DNA of 64,000 nucleotides from Octopus bimaculoides (lineage: Eukaryota), in NCBI RefSeq assembly GCF_001194135.2, contig NC_069003.1:36679360-36743359 (forward strand), written 5' to 3'. The first letter of the stretch is position 1; every line of letters begins with the position of its first letter. Positions 38,611 to 50,560 of the stretch are shown piece by piece. Both the position numbers and the translations under genes were made by a program. The notes beneath the pieces were generated by a model, which saw nothing but the letters and a program-made list of their open reading frames with translations, was not told the DNA's origin and searched no databases.

Positions 38611-39154
38611 TTTTCACCTGCTTAAACGCTTAAGAAGGTAAGAACATGTTGACAAGCCTCAAGAAAGGCGAAATCCGCGTGAACACGCTATCTTAAAGAT
38701 GGTGTATTTGGCAGTGACACCGAATTTTGTTTGCTGTAGCTTCTCCCTTTCTGAGTAGTTTGCAGTGACCGTTGTTTCCTTCTTCTTGTGATATTTCTTC
38801 TGTATTCTCAAACACCTTAGCATGAATGAGTCACTTTTCCGTTCTTTTGTTGTTTTTTTTTTTTTACTCAGGTTTAGTTTATTGGTTACGACCGATTTGT
38901 TTCGCTTCCATCAGACCACATTATTTTTGCACTGACTGACAATGTTGTTTTCTCCGACGCGTTACGTTTCTGATGCCGCACCCAAATTGAAACTGTAATC
39001 ACTTCCTGTTTACTCTGCTTAAAATTGAAATATAGAAAAGTGAAACCTTTACAATTGAAACGAAGTGTTAAACTGGTGTCGTTATGTTTGCAGTGTTACG
39101 AAGTCAAATATGGGAAAGGGAAACTTAAGGCTGACAGGAACTATTTGAAAGGAT

Positions 39155-39300
39155 ATATTGGTTTCAAATTATGGCACAAGGCCAGCAAGTTCGGGGGAGG
39201 GGGATAAGTCGATTACATCGATCTCCAAGGCTCAACTGTTACTTATTTTATCGACGTCGAAAGGATAAAGAGCAAAGTCGAGGTGGAAGACGTCGGAGAA
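39155..39300 (-). mobile_element. SINE family A, partial
   Basis: Tail and core in reverse complement, abutting an RTE LINE. Confidence 0.75.
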
Positions 39301-39309
39301 TTTGCTTAC

Positions 39310-39905
39310 CTCGAGACGACAGTCAAGAAAGATCGAAAGAGAACGGAGAATATAGAGAACAGAGTATCGAATTCCCGGAGAACATTCTACGATCTAAGAA
39401 AGGTATAGGTCGCAAAACGAAGCAGAAGCTGTTCAAGATATTGATCCGACCAGTATTACGGATGTGAAAACTGGAAAGTGACAAAAATAGAAGAATAAAC
39501 ACTGGGCAACTTCCGTCGTCACATGTTTAAGGAGAATACTCGACATCAAGTGGTTGCAAAGAGTCCGAAATGACACAGGTGAGACAATGATGGGTATTAA
39601 CAGGATCAGTGACGACATAAGACGCAGATGCTGGAACTACTGGATCGGACACTGGAACTCAGACAAGATCACGAAAGAAGCAATTGTATGGTGGCACTAA
39701 AATGACAACCTGAGAGGAAAAAAGCAACAGGACGCCTTGAAACTACATGGCGAAGGACGATTGACAAGAGACGAGAAGCGTCGAGATACTGGAATGAGAG
39801 CAGAACAGTGGCAGAACACAGCTGGTTGGAGAGACCGTGTTGCGGTCTTATGTGCCCCGTGGCAAGGAGAGAACTGACTAACTATTGTTGTTGCTATTAT
39901 TGTCA
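39310..39905 (+). mobile_element. RTE-clade LINE, 3' end, degenerate
   Basis: KQKLFKILIRPVL... and terminal WRDRVAVLCAPWQGEN* (TGA at 39875), followed by a short-repeat tail. Many frameshifts. Confidence 0.85.
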
Positions 39906-40194
39906 TTGTTACTTTTATTATTGTCGATAAAATTATATATTCGTACCGTGCCTTCCCTTCCCCTGTCTCATATATCTACACACACACCACACCGGTCCAC
40001 TTAGCAAAGAGGCTGTATTGTCCTCATGATAGAACATATTACTGTAAAACTACAAAAGGAACGAACATTTTTCGAAAGCTGCACCCTTTCTTGCTTATTG
40101 TAGCTAAGTGGACTGAGCTTAAAATGAAATATGTTGGCCTATCTCATGTCAAACCGGATGAAAAACCCATTGTTTCTTGTTTAGACATTAAACT

Positions 40195-40331
40195 CATGAG
40201 GACAGGCGATTCGTTGATATCATCGACTGAGATTTTATCGACTCTTGAGGGATGAGAGGCAAAGTTGAATTTGGGCGGGATTTGAAGTCAGAACTTAAAG
40301 AGACAGAACAAATACGATAAGGCACTCTAAC
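40195..40331 (-). mobile_element. SINE family A whose 5' head runs into a minisatellite
   Basis: Reverse complement core 'gatgagaggcaaagttgaatttgggcgggatttgaagtcagaac'. Confidence 0.75.
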
Positions 40332-40493
40332 GACTCTGTCGCTCTGTCGCTCTGTCTGACACTCCAAAGACTCTGTCGCTCTGTCTGACACTCCAAAGAC
40401 TCTGTCGCTCTGTCGCTCTGTCTGACACTCCAAAGACTCTGTCGCTCTGTCGCTCTGTCGCTCTGTCTGACACTCCAAAGACTCTGTCGCTCC
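40332..40493. repeat. Nested minisatellite: GACTCTGTC-(GCTCTGTC)n-TGACACTCCAAA
   Basis: Units of 37, 29, 37 and 45 bp (n = 2, 1, 2, 3) plus a partial unit. Confidence 0.97.
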
Positions 40494-40794
40494 ACCGGAT
40501 TTAAACAAGGTAAGGAAATATATAAATAAAAATTTACTGTTTCATTACGGACCCAGTTTAATGAATTTTAATCCGAACTGAGCACCTGTAGGATATCTAC
40601 TTAAGAATAGCAACCATCGTCACCCCTCCCTCACCCCCATATACACAATCTAGAAAAGTGTGTAGCGCAAAGACTGCAGTTCTCTTAAGCACTGTGCAGC
40701 TTGTAAAGAGCAGACGATGGCGACTAACATTACAAAATACTTATCTCGTTCACTCGACCGCATCGTTCACATCATGAAATCTCTCAGAACGCTG

Positions 40795-40991
40795 GAGGAG
40801 TGACAGAATCGGTTGGGCGTCAGGCAAAGAGTCTTGCCGTAGTTGCTTCTATTCTTTGCGTTTTGAGTTCAAATACTGCCGAGGTCACCTTTACCCTTCA
40901 CCCTTTTGAGGTCAATGAAATAAAGTACCAGTCGAGAATTGCGGTTAACATTTCTCTCCGCAAATTGCTGGCCTTGAGCCAAAATTAGAAA
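40795..40991 (+). mobile_element. SINE family A, diverged
   Basis: Head 'gacagaatcgg', B-box 'gagttcaaat', core 'cctttacccttcacc...aagtaccag'. Confidence 0.8.
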
Positions 40992-41212
40992 CAGTCATGA
41001 AGTCTCTCATATTTCTTTATCCCTGAGAAATTGCTTGGTCTTCAAAGTACAGCTCTGAGCTGCCACACCTTCTACTTACGCAATCGTGGCAGGCAAAACA
41101 TCGCACCATTCTTCTCTTGTATGTAACTCTGAACAGTTATGTGTGGTTGCCAGAGTTTGTTATTAATAAGTTCAATTATATGTACCGGTTACACACAAAC
41201 CTTATTGGTGCA

Positions 41213-41214
41213 CG

Positions 41215-41303
<89 letters not shown>
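41213..41303. repeat. (CA)n microsatellite
   Basis: Long CA run. Confidence 0.97.
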
Positions 41304-41311
<8 letters not shown>

Positions 41312-41479
41312 AAACATAAAAACATAATTGTCTAAGTAAACGGAAAAGGAGGCTCCTATTGGGTGCGGCATTAACTGAAACGAAGTTGGTAAATAAACTA
41401 TTGCGCATGTCCGTGTGCATACATATTTATACACACACACACACATACATACATACATACATGCAGATATGCATACATG

Positions 41480-41532
<53 letters not shown>

Positions 41533-41908
41533 GAACGGGTGTTTTAATAGGATATTAATAGAAAGAGGTTGGTTAATATGAACAGTGGGAGAGTAAATAT
41601 GAAAGGGACGATAAATAAATACAAGAGAAAAGAAGAAAATGCTTGGCTTTTATAAATGTAGCAGATAAAGAAAATAGGACAAGAAATAATGGAAATGATA
41701 AGAAAGAGGAATGGAATGAAAAGAGATCCTGAATGAAAGAACGAGATACGTATTGGAAGAAAAATAGAATGAATAAGACTAAATAAATTTTAAAAAAAGG
41801 AGAAAAGACAAGTGACAAAAATGATAGAATGTGAAGGAAAACAGAAGAGAATGATCTTGAGATAAATAGACATGGAGACATAAATCTGGTGTGTGTGTGT
41901 GTGTGTAT

Positions 41909-41913
<5 letters not shown>

Positions 41914-41987
<74 letters not shown>

Positions 41988-42000
41988 TAGAGAGAGAGAC
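41914..42000. repeat. (GA)n microsatellite
   Basis: Long GA run. Confidence 0.97.
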
Positions 42001-42439
42001 AGATAAGATTAGATATACATAGATAGATAAATAAGGATATATAGACAGATATAGGTCGACAGATATAGATAGACAGAGTGATACAATTTAAAATAAGAAA
42101 ATAGTGAAGATGGAGAGCTTCTTACGATGTAAAAAGGAAAGTTTAACGACCTGTGTATATATTTCAGGCACAAAAGTTCATTATCAGAAGCAAACAGCCA
42201 AGAAATGTTAGTCTTCAGTATCGGCCATGTTGAATGTAAACCCAAGTCACTTAAGATTGTTATAGAAGGAACAAACAACAATTCTTAAAATTAAGAAATA
42301 TTTGTTCCTTCCTTGCCATTAAAACTGTGGGAAAAATTCTGACTCCCACCACTTTTCTTATAAACGAAAAGACAAAATATTTATTTTACATTTATATAAT
42401 TCTTCTATTTGTATGTACATACAAATACATATCATAAAA

Positions 42440-42536
42440 ATAATTACATCTCTGATGAGCGGAAATATTACCTATATATAATAATCCATTTAGGCTATTA
42501 TTACAGCAACAATATTTTCGCGAAACGATCGTAAGA

Positions 42537-42543
<7 letters not shown>
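42440..42543 (+). ncRNA. Type I hammerhead ribozyme, apparently intact (Penelope/retrozyme-like dimeric type)
   Basis: CUGAUGA at 42452-58. Stem II GCGGAAAUAUU/AAUAUUUUCGC (11 bp). GAAA at 42522-25. Palindromic helix III ACGAUCGU. GUA triplet at 42531-33. Stem I AUCU/AGAU plus AUAAUU/AAUUAU. Confidence 0.85.
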
Positions 42544-42573
<30 letters not shown>

Positions 42574-42594
42574 GTATATACTTCAATATATATG

Positions 42595-42631
<37 letters not shown>

Positions 42632-43179
42632 CTATAAATCTATTCATATAGAAACACAAGCTCTAATGTAAATATAACCACGCACACACACAAACATTCG
42701 CATGCACACACGCATACCAGTAACTTCATTAGCACCAAATATTGTTGGCAAATTAATAATATTAAATGCAGAGAGAGTATAACTGACATACTCTGACCAA
42801 GTCCACCTTGTCTATATCGACTATGCCCACCCCAAGATAAAAAGACATCTAGCAGAGGAAAAGAATATAATGACGCCATATTGTTATGTTACAAGGACAG
42901 AATATAGTATACGAGAAGATGGCGTTTATTGTTGTCAAGCTGCAGGGGTGGGTCTGTGGTTTACATATAGTCACAGGTAAGCAACGAACAAGCATATACA
43001 AGGTCGGTTGACTGGACAATGAGGTCGGGGTGCACCTATATTTAAGAAAGGGGAGGTGGGTATGGATGGAAAGTCGGTGTGTTAAATCAGGGTTGATTTG
43101 GACGAAACGACGGCAAACAATCTGCTGACTTCATTAAAGTTCTCACTAGAATCCCTAAACCTTGCAGCTACACCAACCA

Positions 43180-43510
43180 TCGCGGTCACCATTGGCAAAA
43201 TAACCAACGCTGCTACCACCGCCATTACCACCACCACTAACCCCTCCCCCACTCCCACACATAACCACCACAAACGTTATCTTCATAACCAATACCACCA
43301 CCACTGCAAGCCTCATCCCCCTCTGTCATTACCACCACCTCTACCTCCCGCTATTACTCCCATCGACACATACGCCACCGCCACCGCGACCACTACCACC
43401 ACCACCACCACCACCACCATCACCACCACGTATTATAATTACCAACCACAGTCACACCACCACTTCCACCACCACCGCCACCGCCCTGCCAACAGCACCT
43501 TCCACCCTCC
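43180..43510. repeat. Degenerate (ACC/CAC)n low-complexity tract
   Basis: Trinucleotide-derived sequence. Confidence 0.85.
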
Positions 43511-44186
43511 ATCATCTCCGCTCCATTGCCAACTCTCTCCCGCCATCAAAATCCCGAGATGTCCGAACTGATCTCAAGTCACAATATTTTATTAATTATA
43601 TCAATTTAGTTCGGTCGTTTTGGCTCAACACTGCACCGGATGTTCGCTCATAATTTCACACACTCTGAAAATAGAATCCCAAACGCCACCACCACCACCA
43701 CCGTCGCCAACAACAACAACCATGATAATAAATAATAAATAATCTAATAAAAACTGTTTATTTAAACAGGTTTTATTAAATCAAAATATGTTGTTATCGC
43801 TGTTGCTTTTGTTTGTAGTGTTATTGTTATAATTATTGTTGTGAGGGTGTTATTGTTACAGTATGGGGTTGGTGACGGTGTTGGGTGTGTGTGTTGGTAT
43901 TGTTGTTGACAGGCGCCAGTGTTACCGATAGTGTTGTTGTTGTAATTGTTGTTGTTGTCGTAAGTAGCGGTGGTGTGTATATGGTGAGAGTGGTGGTGGG
44001 GGATTGTCAGAATCGTTACAGTGTCGGATAGAATGCATTGCCGTATTTCTCAGTTCAAATCCTACCGATCGCCTTTCATCCCTCTGAGGACGATAAAGTA
44101 AAGTACCAATCAAGTACAGGGTTGATATAATCGGCAGACCCCTTTCCATAAAAAATTGCTGCATTTCAGCCTAAATTAGAAACAAT

Positions 44187-44189
44187 TAC

Positions 44190-44235
<46 letters not shown>

Positions 44236-44236
44236 A
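44187..44236. repeat. (ATT)n microsatellite
   Basis: Pure ATT run. Confidence 0.95.
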
Positions 44237-44241
44237 TATTT

Positions 44242-44605
44242 AAGGTGGCGAGCTGGCAGAATCGTGAGGACACTGGACGAAGTGCTTAGCGGTATTTTGT
44301 CCGTCGCTACGTTCTGAGTTCAAATTCCGCCGGGATCGACTTTGCTTTTCATCCTTTCGGGGTCGATAAATTAAGTACCAATGAAAATTTCTGTCATTAG
44401 TCATGTTACACAAGGCGGCGAACTGGTGGGATCGTCAGCACGCCAGACAGAAACGCTCAGCGGTATTTCTTCTGGCCTTAAGTTCCTGTCTTTCATCTTT
44501 TTGGGGTCGATCAAACAAGTACCAGTTGAGCACTGGCGTCAATGTAAGCAACTAGACCCCTTCCCACAAAATCTCAGGCCTTGTACTATAGTAGAAAGGA
44601 TTAAT
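44242..44605 (+). mobile_element. Two adjacent SINE family A copies (44242-44380, 3'-truncated; 44412-44605)
   Basis: Both begin 'aaggYggcgaRctgg'. The first retains the B-box GAGTTCAAATTCC; both have the core. Confidence 0.9.
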
Positions 44606-44609
44606 ATTT

Positions 44610-45060
44610 GTCACATATTTGTGGAGAATAGCGTCGTTTAATACAATTTTCCAATGTGTCCATAACGAGGTCGTTGCATTTCTGACGGCAACAGTGACAT
44701 AGATGTTTGTGTCTGTGATTGTAGCTCTGGTGGTAGTAGTGGGAGTGGTAACGATTGTGGTAGGTTCTCCTTGAAAATGAGTTCTGGTACTGGATGGAAG
44801 AAGACACTATTGTTTCCTTTTGTGCATCCATATTTAGTTTGAGAGCCACAGTCTCCATATTTCGAACACTATTTAAGGTGCATGTGTAGACAGTTTGTCC
44901 AGTTAAGCCGAGTGGATAAGTGCTCTTCTTGTATCTTTAGTATACAATGGGTTATCGAAGAGGACAGTGGCCTTTAGTTTTGGTTTCACAGGGTCCAAAT
45001 TTACAAATGTTTTGTGTATCATGTCAGCATTTTATTTTTGAGGGATAGAAATCGTTTTTC
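44610..45060 (-). mobile_element. Degenerate Penelope-like (possibly Naiad-type) GIY-YIG region
   Basis: Broken translation CETKTKGHCPLR*PIVY*...YPLGLTGQT... and *IWMHKK resembles C.C....CPL...C...IVY....YIGLT...IW.LK of PLE endonucleases. Confidence 0.4.
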
Positions 45061-47809
45061 TGTTTGAGTTGGCCAGTCACGTGTTATGGTAGAAAGTCTT
45101 TGATCAACGAATACGTCGTCGTCGAAGTAGTGGTAGCAGTGGTAGTAGCTTTCTGTTACTGGATATCAAAACTGTTGAAGCCACTCAATGATCTTCTGAT
45201 ATGAGATAAGATATGAATGAGTCAATTAACGCAGTTCCCGGAGTTAGTTGTAGTGACTCTTCTTGGGTATAATTTGTAGTTGTGTCTCTTGATCTCGTCA
45301 AGTGGGATCACATAAAATGTGGTTAAATGACGACTTACAGTCATTGACTGATACGATGCCTAGTTTCTCCATTTGTTTATTTATCAGATCAATCGACTTT
45401 GAAGTTTCGTTCACTTTATTTGGAAACAATCTCGAAGTTGTATCATTAATTACAGAACAGAACGCATTTTGCAGTGATTTTATTGCCCATGTGTATTACG
45501 AGAATTAAATCAAACGTTTTTTAAAAAAAAGAAAAGAAACGGCGATTAACATTGCTCTCTTTTCACTCGAATAACATTTCGTACAGGCGTGAAAAATGTT
45601 AATTATATTGGGAAGATACGGAACGATCATGCTGAAAGTATGTAAATAATTAGCCAATTAATTAATTAATTAATTTTACATAAAGTAAAATTAATTATTA
45701 CAGTGAAACGCATATGTTTATAGTTTTATTATTGTTTTGGGGTTGTATGGTTGTTAAAAGTAACAACCTAAACTTATCTACTGTTTGTACACCCAGGGCT
45801 ATATTGTCCAATGGATCTAATTTAATTTTCGATGGTAATGTGTGATTTGAGGGAGATGGGGGTGCTATCTCTTGAAGGTTAACTTGCCACATAAAACCTC
45901 CCTCTTTGGTATTGTCATCGATGGAAGGTGATATAGGCGGCATCACTGTCTTCCTTGTACTTCTGTGTGCGTGAGAGTATATATCCATCTCTTGACCATT
46001 ATTGTCCCCAGGACTAATCTCCCCAGAGTAGTAGCATCTGTCAGGGTCTCAGGCATGGGTTAACAGGCTAGCATATGTGATAACGACCCATCTGAGCGCG
46101 GGCACTCAATACCGTTGGTTGGTGTCAGGGCGCGTTATAAAGCCACTGGGAGTGAGGAGACCCTAGCTTTTGTCACCCCATCCTTCTGATGCAAAACCTG
46201 CAGCTTCACGTGATTGCTTGTCATCTCTCCTAATCACGGAAACTCAGGACGTGGTACAGTTGTGAAAGGATTCCAATCACCCCCTGGTGACTGAGACATT
46301 TCTATTAAATAGACAACTGGACGTCAGGCGTTGGAGTTGGTGACAGTTCACTGTGAGCCTTTCATGTGGAGCGTTGAGTCTCGTGCAATAGGAACAGTCG
46401 TGCGTCGTGTATATACTTTCTCCCTCCCTGCTTCGTTATATTATATATCACAAAACAAGGATACAAAAGGTGTTCGTGTTGTACAAGCGCTCATCATCTT
46501 TATAATTCAATGACATACAGCTTTCTCTTTATGGTGACCTCATTTTTCATCCTGAAAATCCTATGTGGTGACGTGTGCAGACCTAACCAGTTGGAAGTGC
46601 GCAGTTAGTTACAACTTTCGCCTGTCACTTATGCTTCAAACCATACAGATCTACAAGGGGACTGAGTAGTCAGCTGTAAAGATGAGGCCGTCACCATGTA
46701 TGCATGTATATTGACAATATGACTGCTCAAGTTTGATATTTTAAAGGAATGATTATCATGTTTCCTTTGAAACGATACAGTTCCTAAGTCTATCAGCGTT
46801 AACAGATTTTCTCGGTCTTATCTTTTGAATGAAGTGCTAGTTATTGGCATTTAGGGAATGATGTAATTAAAGATATCACCATCCCCGAATTTAAAATTAT
46901 TAAAACAGAACACTTGTTTCATACCGAAGCGCAAAGTAGAAATATGTATTTAACAATATAAAACATTTAAAAACTTCATCAGCACAAAACCACAGAACAT
47001 AACTTCAGATGATTAATGTGGGGTACAATTCAATGACGTTTGTAAACTTCGTGGATAAGACTCGCACACTGAACATAAGTGGTTGGCCATGCATTTATAG
47101 CAAGGACTCATTACAGCGTTTTGCATGAGCGAATATAAAATAAAGTAACAGAAAAAAACAACAGCAGATAACAGGACCACTTTATGCAGAACTCTACAAA
47201 AAATTGAAGATCAGCAAATGAAGTCTTCTAAATACAAAATACCATAATAGGAACCAAAATTTAACTTAGAAATACAAACAATCTATTAATAAACTAAGAA
47301 CAGTTATTAATAGTTGAAACATATCGATGACAATATCATCAATAACAACACCCTTGCCGTAGACTTGTTGTCATATTGCTAGAGTGGACAGCAATGGGGT
47401 ATCAATAAGAAACGCTACTAATAATCTTTTCATTCAGAATAAAAACAAAACAAAAACTGGAAAGGCCTAGAAACATTGAGAGATTTAACAACTTTGTTTT
47501 CAACTAAATATAAAAGACAAAATAGGAAATACGAAAGATACTAAATAAAAGCAGATTTAAGTGCAGCCGTGTTTCCTGTATAACCTGTTTAAAAGAGACA
47601 GAGTGAGGCGCAGTGAATTGAAATATGTATGTAAACGTGCATGAAAACGTGCGTATATGAAAAAAAAAGGTGTCTATATTATTGATTTATAGAATTAATT
47701 ATTCGTGCGACTAAATGGTAAAGAAAATATATTAAAATTATATATCGACTTATTGGGGATAATCAGGAAAATTAAAATTCAAATATACTTTCATGAAATG
47801 GCTGTTCTT

Positions 47810-48150
47810 TCTTTTTATCTTTTACTAGTTTTAATCATTGGATTGCAGCCATGCCGGGGCATCGTACTGAAGCTTTTGTCGAACAAATCGACCCTAGTAC
47901 TAATTTTATTGAAGCCTGGTATTTATTCTATCAGTTTTTTTTTCTGAACCGCTAGGTTACAAGGTCGTTGACAAGCCAAGACCGCACCGATTGCGAAGCG
48001 GTGGAAATGGGGGTGGATGGACAGCCACAAACACAAAGACACACATACATACATATATACACGACAAGATTCCACACAGTTTCCGTCTATCAAATTCACT
48101 CACAAATCATTGGTCGACCCAGGGTGTTCAATATATTCACTATAAGGTTT
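47810..48150 (-). mobile_element. SINE family B
   Basis: 'gcagccatgccggggc', 'gaaccgctaggttac', 'cagtttccgtctatcaaattcactcacaa' blocks. Confidence 0.8.
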
Positions 48151-49091
48151 CGGTCAAGAATTGCTACTCATGTACAGTTTAGTGTAGTATCCATGAGTAA
48201 CAGATTTATTGAATAAACTACACGAACCATTTACCGTCAAGTAGACAATTATTACGATTGATGCTCGGTGCAGGAGATATGATTTAATAGTGTTAAAAGG
48301 TCTCCAATTTTATCTGAAGGAACTCAAACAAGTTTTAACATACCGTTAAATTTAATCATATTTCCGTTGATGTTTTCATGGTAATTGTGGAGAACGATGT
48401 TAAATTATGGAACTCATTTGATCAACACCATACAAGACATTTATAATTTTCCCTCTAAACTTTAGGACATTAAACCCATGCATATATTATATTTTCACAG
48501 TGAGCTGCTGTTTACAAGGGTTCTGCTGTAAATGATGGCTTCTTTCTAAGTAAAGCTGGCTTCATTCGAAAACACTGTTGATATGCACCGATTCGATTTA
48601 AATTACGTAAAATTTATTAAGCTTCTAGAAACTGTTCTGAAGTTATTTGTGTCAAGATTCAAGGTGATGTCTAAAAAAAAAAAAATAATAATAAGAACTC
48701 TAGGTAGATTAGTGTCCACTGCAATACGTAATCCTATTTCACTAAATAGCTTTATTTGTAGGACTTTCTTAAATCTATCTAGCTCGTGGCCACTCATATT
48801 TCTCGATATTATATATAATATCGATATATATANNNNNNNNNNNNNNNNNNNNNNNNNNNNNNNNNNNNNNNNNNNNNNNNNNNNNNATATATATATATAT
48901 ATACGTGTGTGTGTATATATGTACATACGTACACACATACATACACACACACACACACATTCATCCAAGCATGTGTATGTGTGTGTATGTTCGTGTGCGG
49001 AACAGCATAACAATCATTACACATATGCACACACAAACACATACTCGCTCCCTTAGAGGGATGCAACCGAAAAGCTAAATATATATCCCCG

Positions 49092-49127
<36 letters not shown>

Positions 49128-50112
49128 TATCTACCTGTCTGTCTGTCTCTGGAAGTACAGAATTGATAGAAAGTCGGACAAAATACCAAGTGGTTTTTGA
49201 TTATGTCACCGGAAGGTGATGTTTTATCTTGACCGGAACCTAATAACTAAAGTAATCTATTATAATTTTGCAGTACTTCTGTCTGTGTGTCTGCACCCCT
49301 CTCACAAACTCGAACCCAACACACAAATGAGTGAAGAAAAAGTTAATAAAACATATATACATATGTGTGTGTGTGTGTGTGTGTGCGTGTGTGTGTGTAA
49401 ATGTAGGACTTGCTTTGTAAGTTTGTATTTGTTTGTCCATTTAACGACGGTTTTAATTAAGTTAAGAATATTGTAATAGGTTGCTTTATCGTTCAAACCA
49501 AGGAATATTTAACCAGTGACACATTTCTCAATGATGATAAAGCACATTGCTACCCAACTAATTTGTAAAACAATTTACTTCCATAGGTAGGCTCAACATA
49601 ACTTTCTCCTCGGAGAAGGTGCACCCGTTTTAATGCATTTAACGACCATTGCAATGAAATTTGATATTTTATCATAAGAAACTCAACAGCGCAATTATTT
49701 ACGTTGTTATTGTTTTTGGTAGCCCACACAACGAAAGATATATTTATGGCGAGATAAAAGTCACCAAATGATCATAAACTACCACATTAAACGTAAAAGT
49801 TCCTATGTTTGACAATCCTATTTTTTGGTCTTTTATTTCGAAAACTCAACACGAAACGGTTTCGAAACTCAACATCTACTTACAAAATAATAAATGTTTT
49901 TCTCAGCCCTTTGTATTTTCATAGCTAGCGTCATACTTCTTTCATGGCCAGTTTAATGTTTCTTTCGTGGTTAAATTTATGCTTCTCTCATGGTGCCTAT
50001 GTCCAGTGTAAGAAATTCGAGTGGACTTCGCATTAAGGCACCTCGACCCCCCTCCCTAACCCAATCCAAAACGAAGAATGAAGATGGATATTTGGCAGAG
50101 AATATTCTGTCT

Positions 50113-50340
50113 CTTTTACTTGTTTCAGTTATTAGACTGCGCTCATGCTGTAGCAAAATGCTTAGCGGCGTTTCGTCCGTCTTTACATTCTGAATTCAAA
50201 TTTCGCCGTGATCGACTTTGCCTTTCATCCTTTCGGGGTCGATAAAATAAGTACCAGTTGAACACTGGTTTAGATGTAATCGACTAACCCCACCCCGCCA
50301 AAATTTCAGGCCTTGTGCCTATAATAGAAAGGATTATTAA
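50113..50340 (+). mobile_element. SINE family A (50153-50340) abutting a family B 3' fragment in opposite orientation
   Basis: Core 'gactttgcctttcatcctttcggggtcgataaaataagtaccag'. The preceding 40 bp match the family B end. Confidence 0.85.
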
Positions 50341-50445
50341 ACATGTACCAACGCGTGTTCTTTTATAACTTTGCGCTGTTGTCCCACTCACACCGGAACA
50401 TCATAATCGTGAAACTTCTAAGTTCACTGAAGGAATAATTTCAGC

Positions 50446-50560
<115 letters not shown>

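Noticed and set aside
40194-40508. ORFs with ATESLECQTERQSDR repeats, or a CRISPR-like array
   Set aside because: Translation of a minisatellite. There are no unique spacers and the context is eukaryotic.
43098-43571. 157-aa His/Thr/Pro-rich ORF
   Set aside because: It is the translation of a degenerate (ACC)n tract, starts with TTG and has no recognisable domain.
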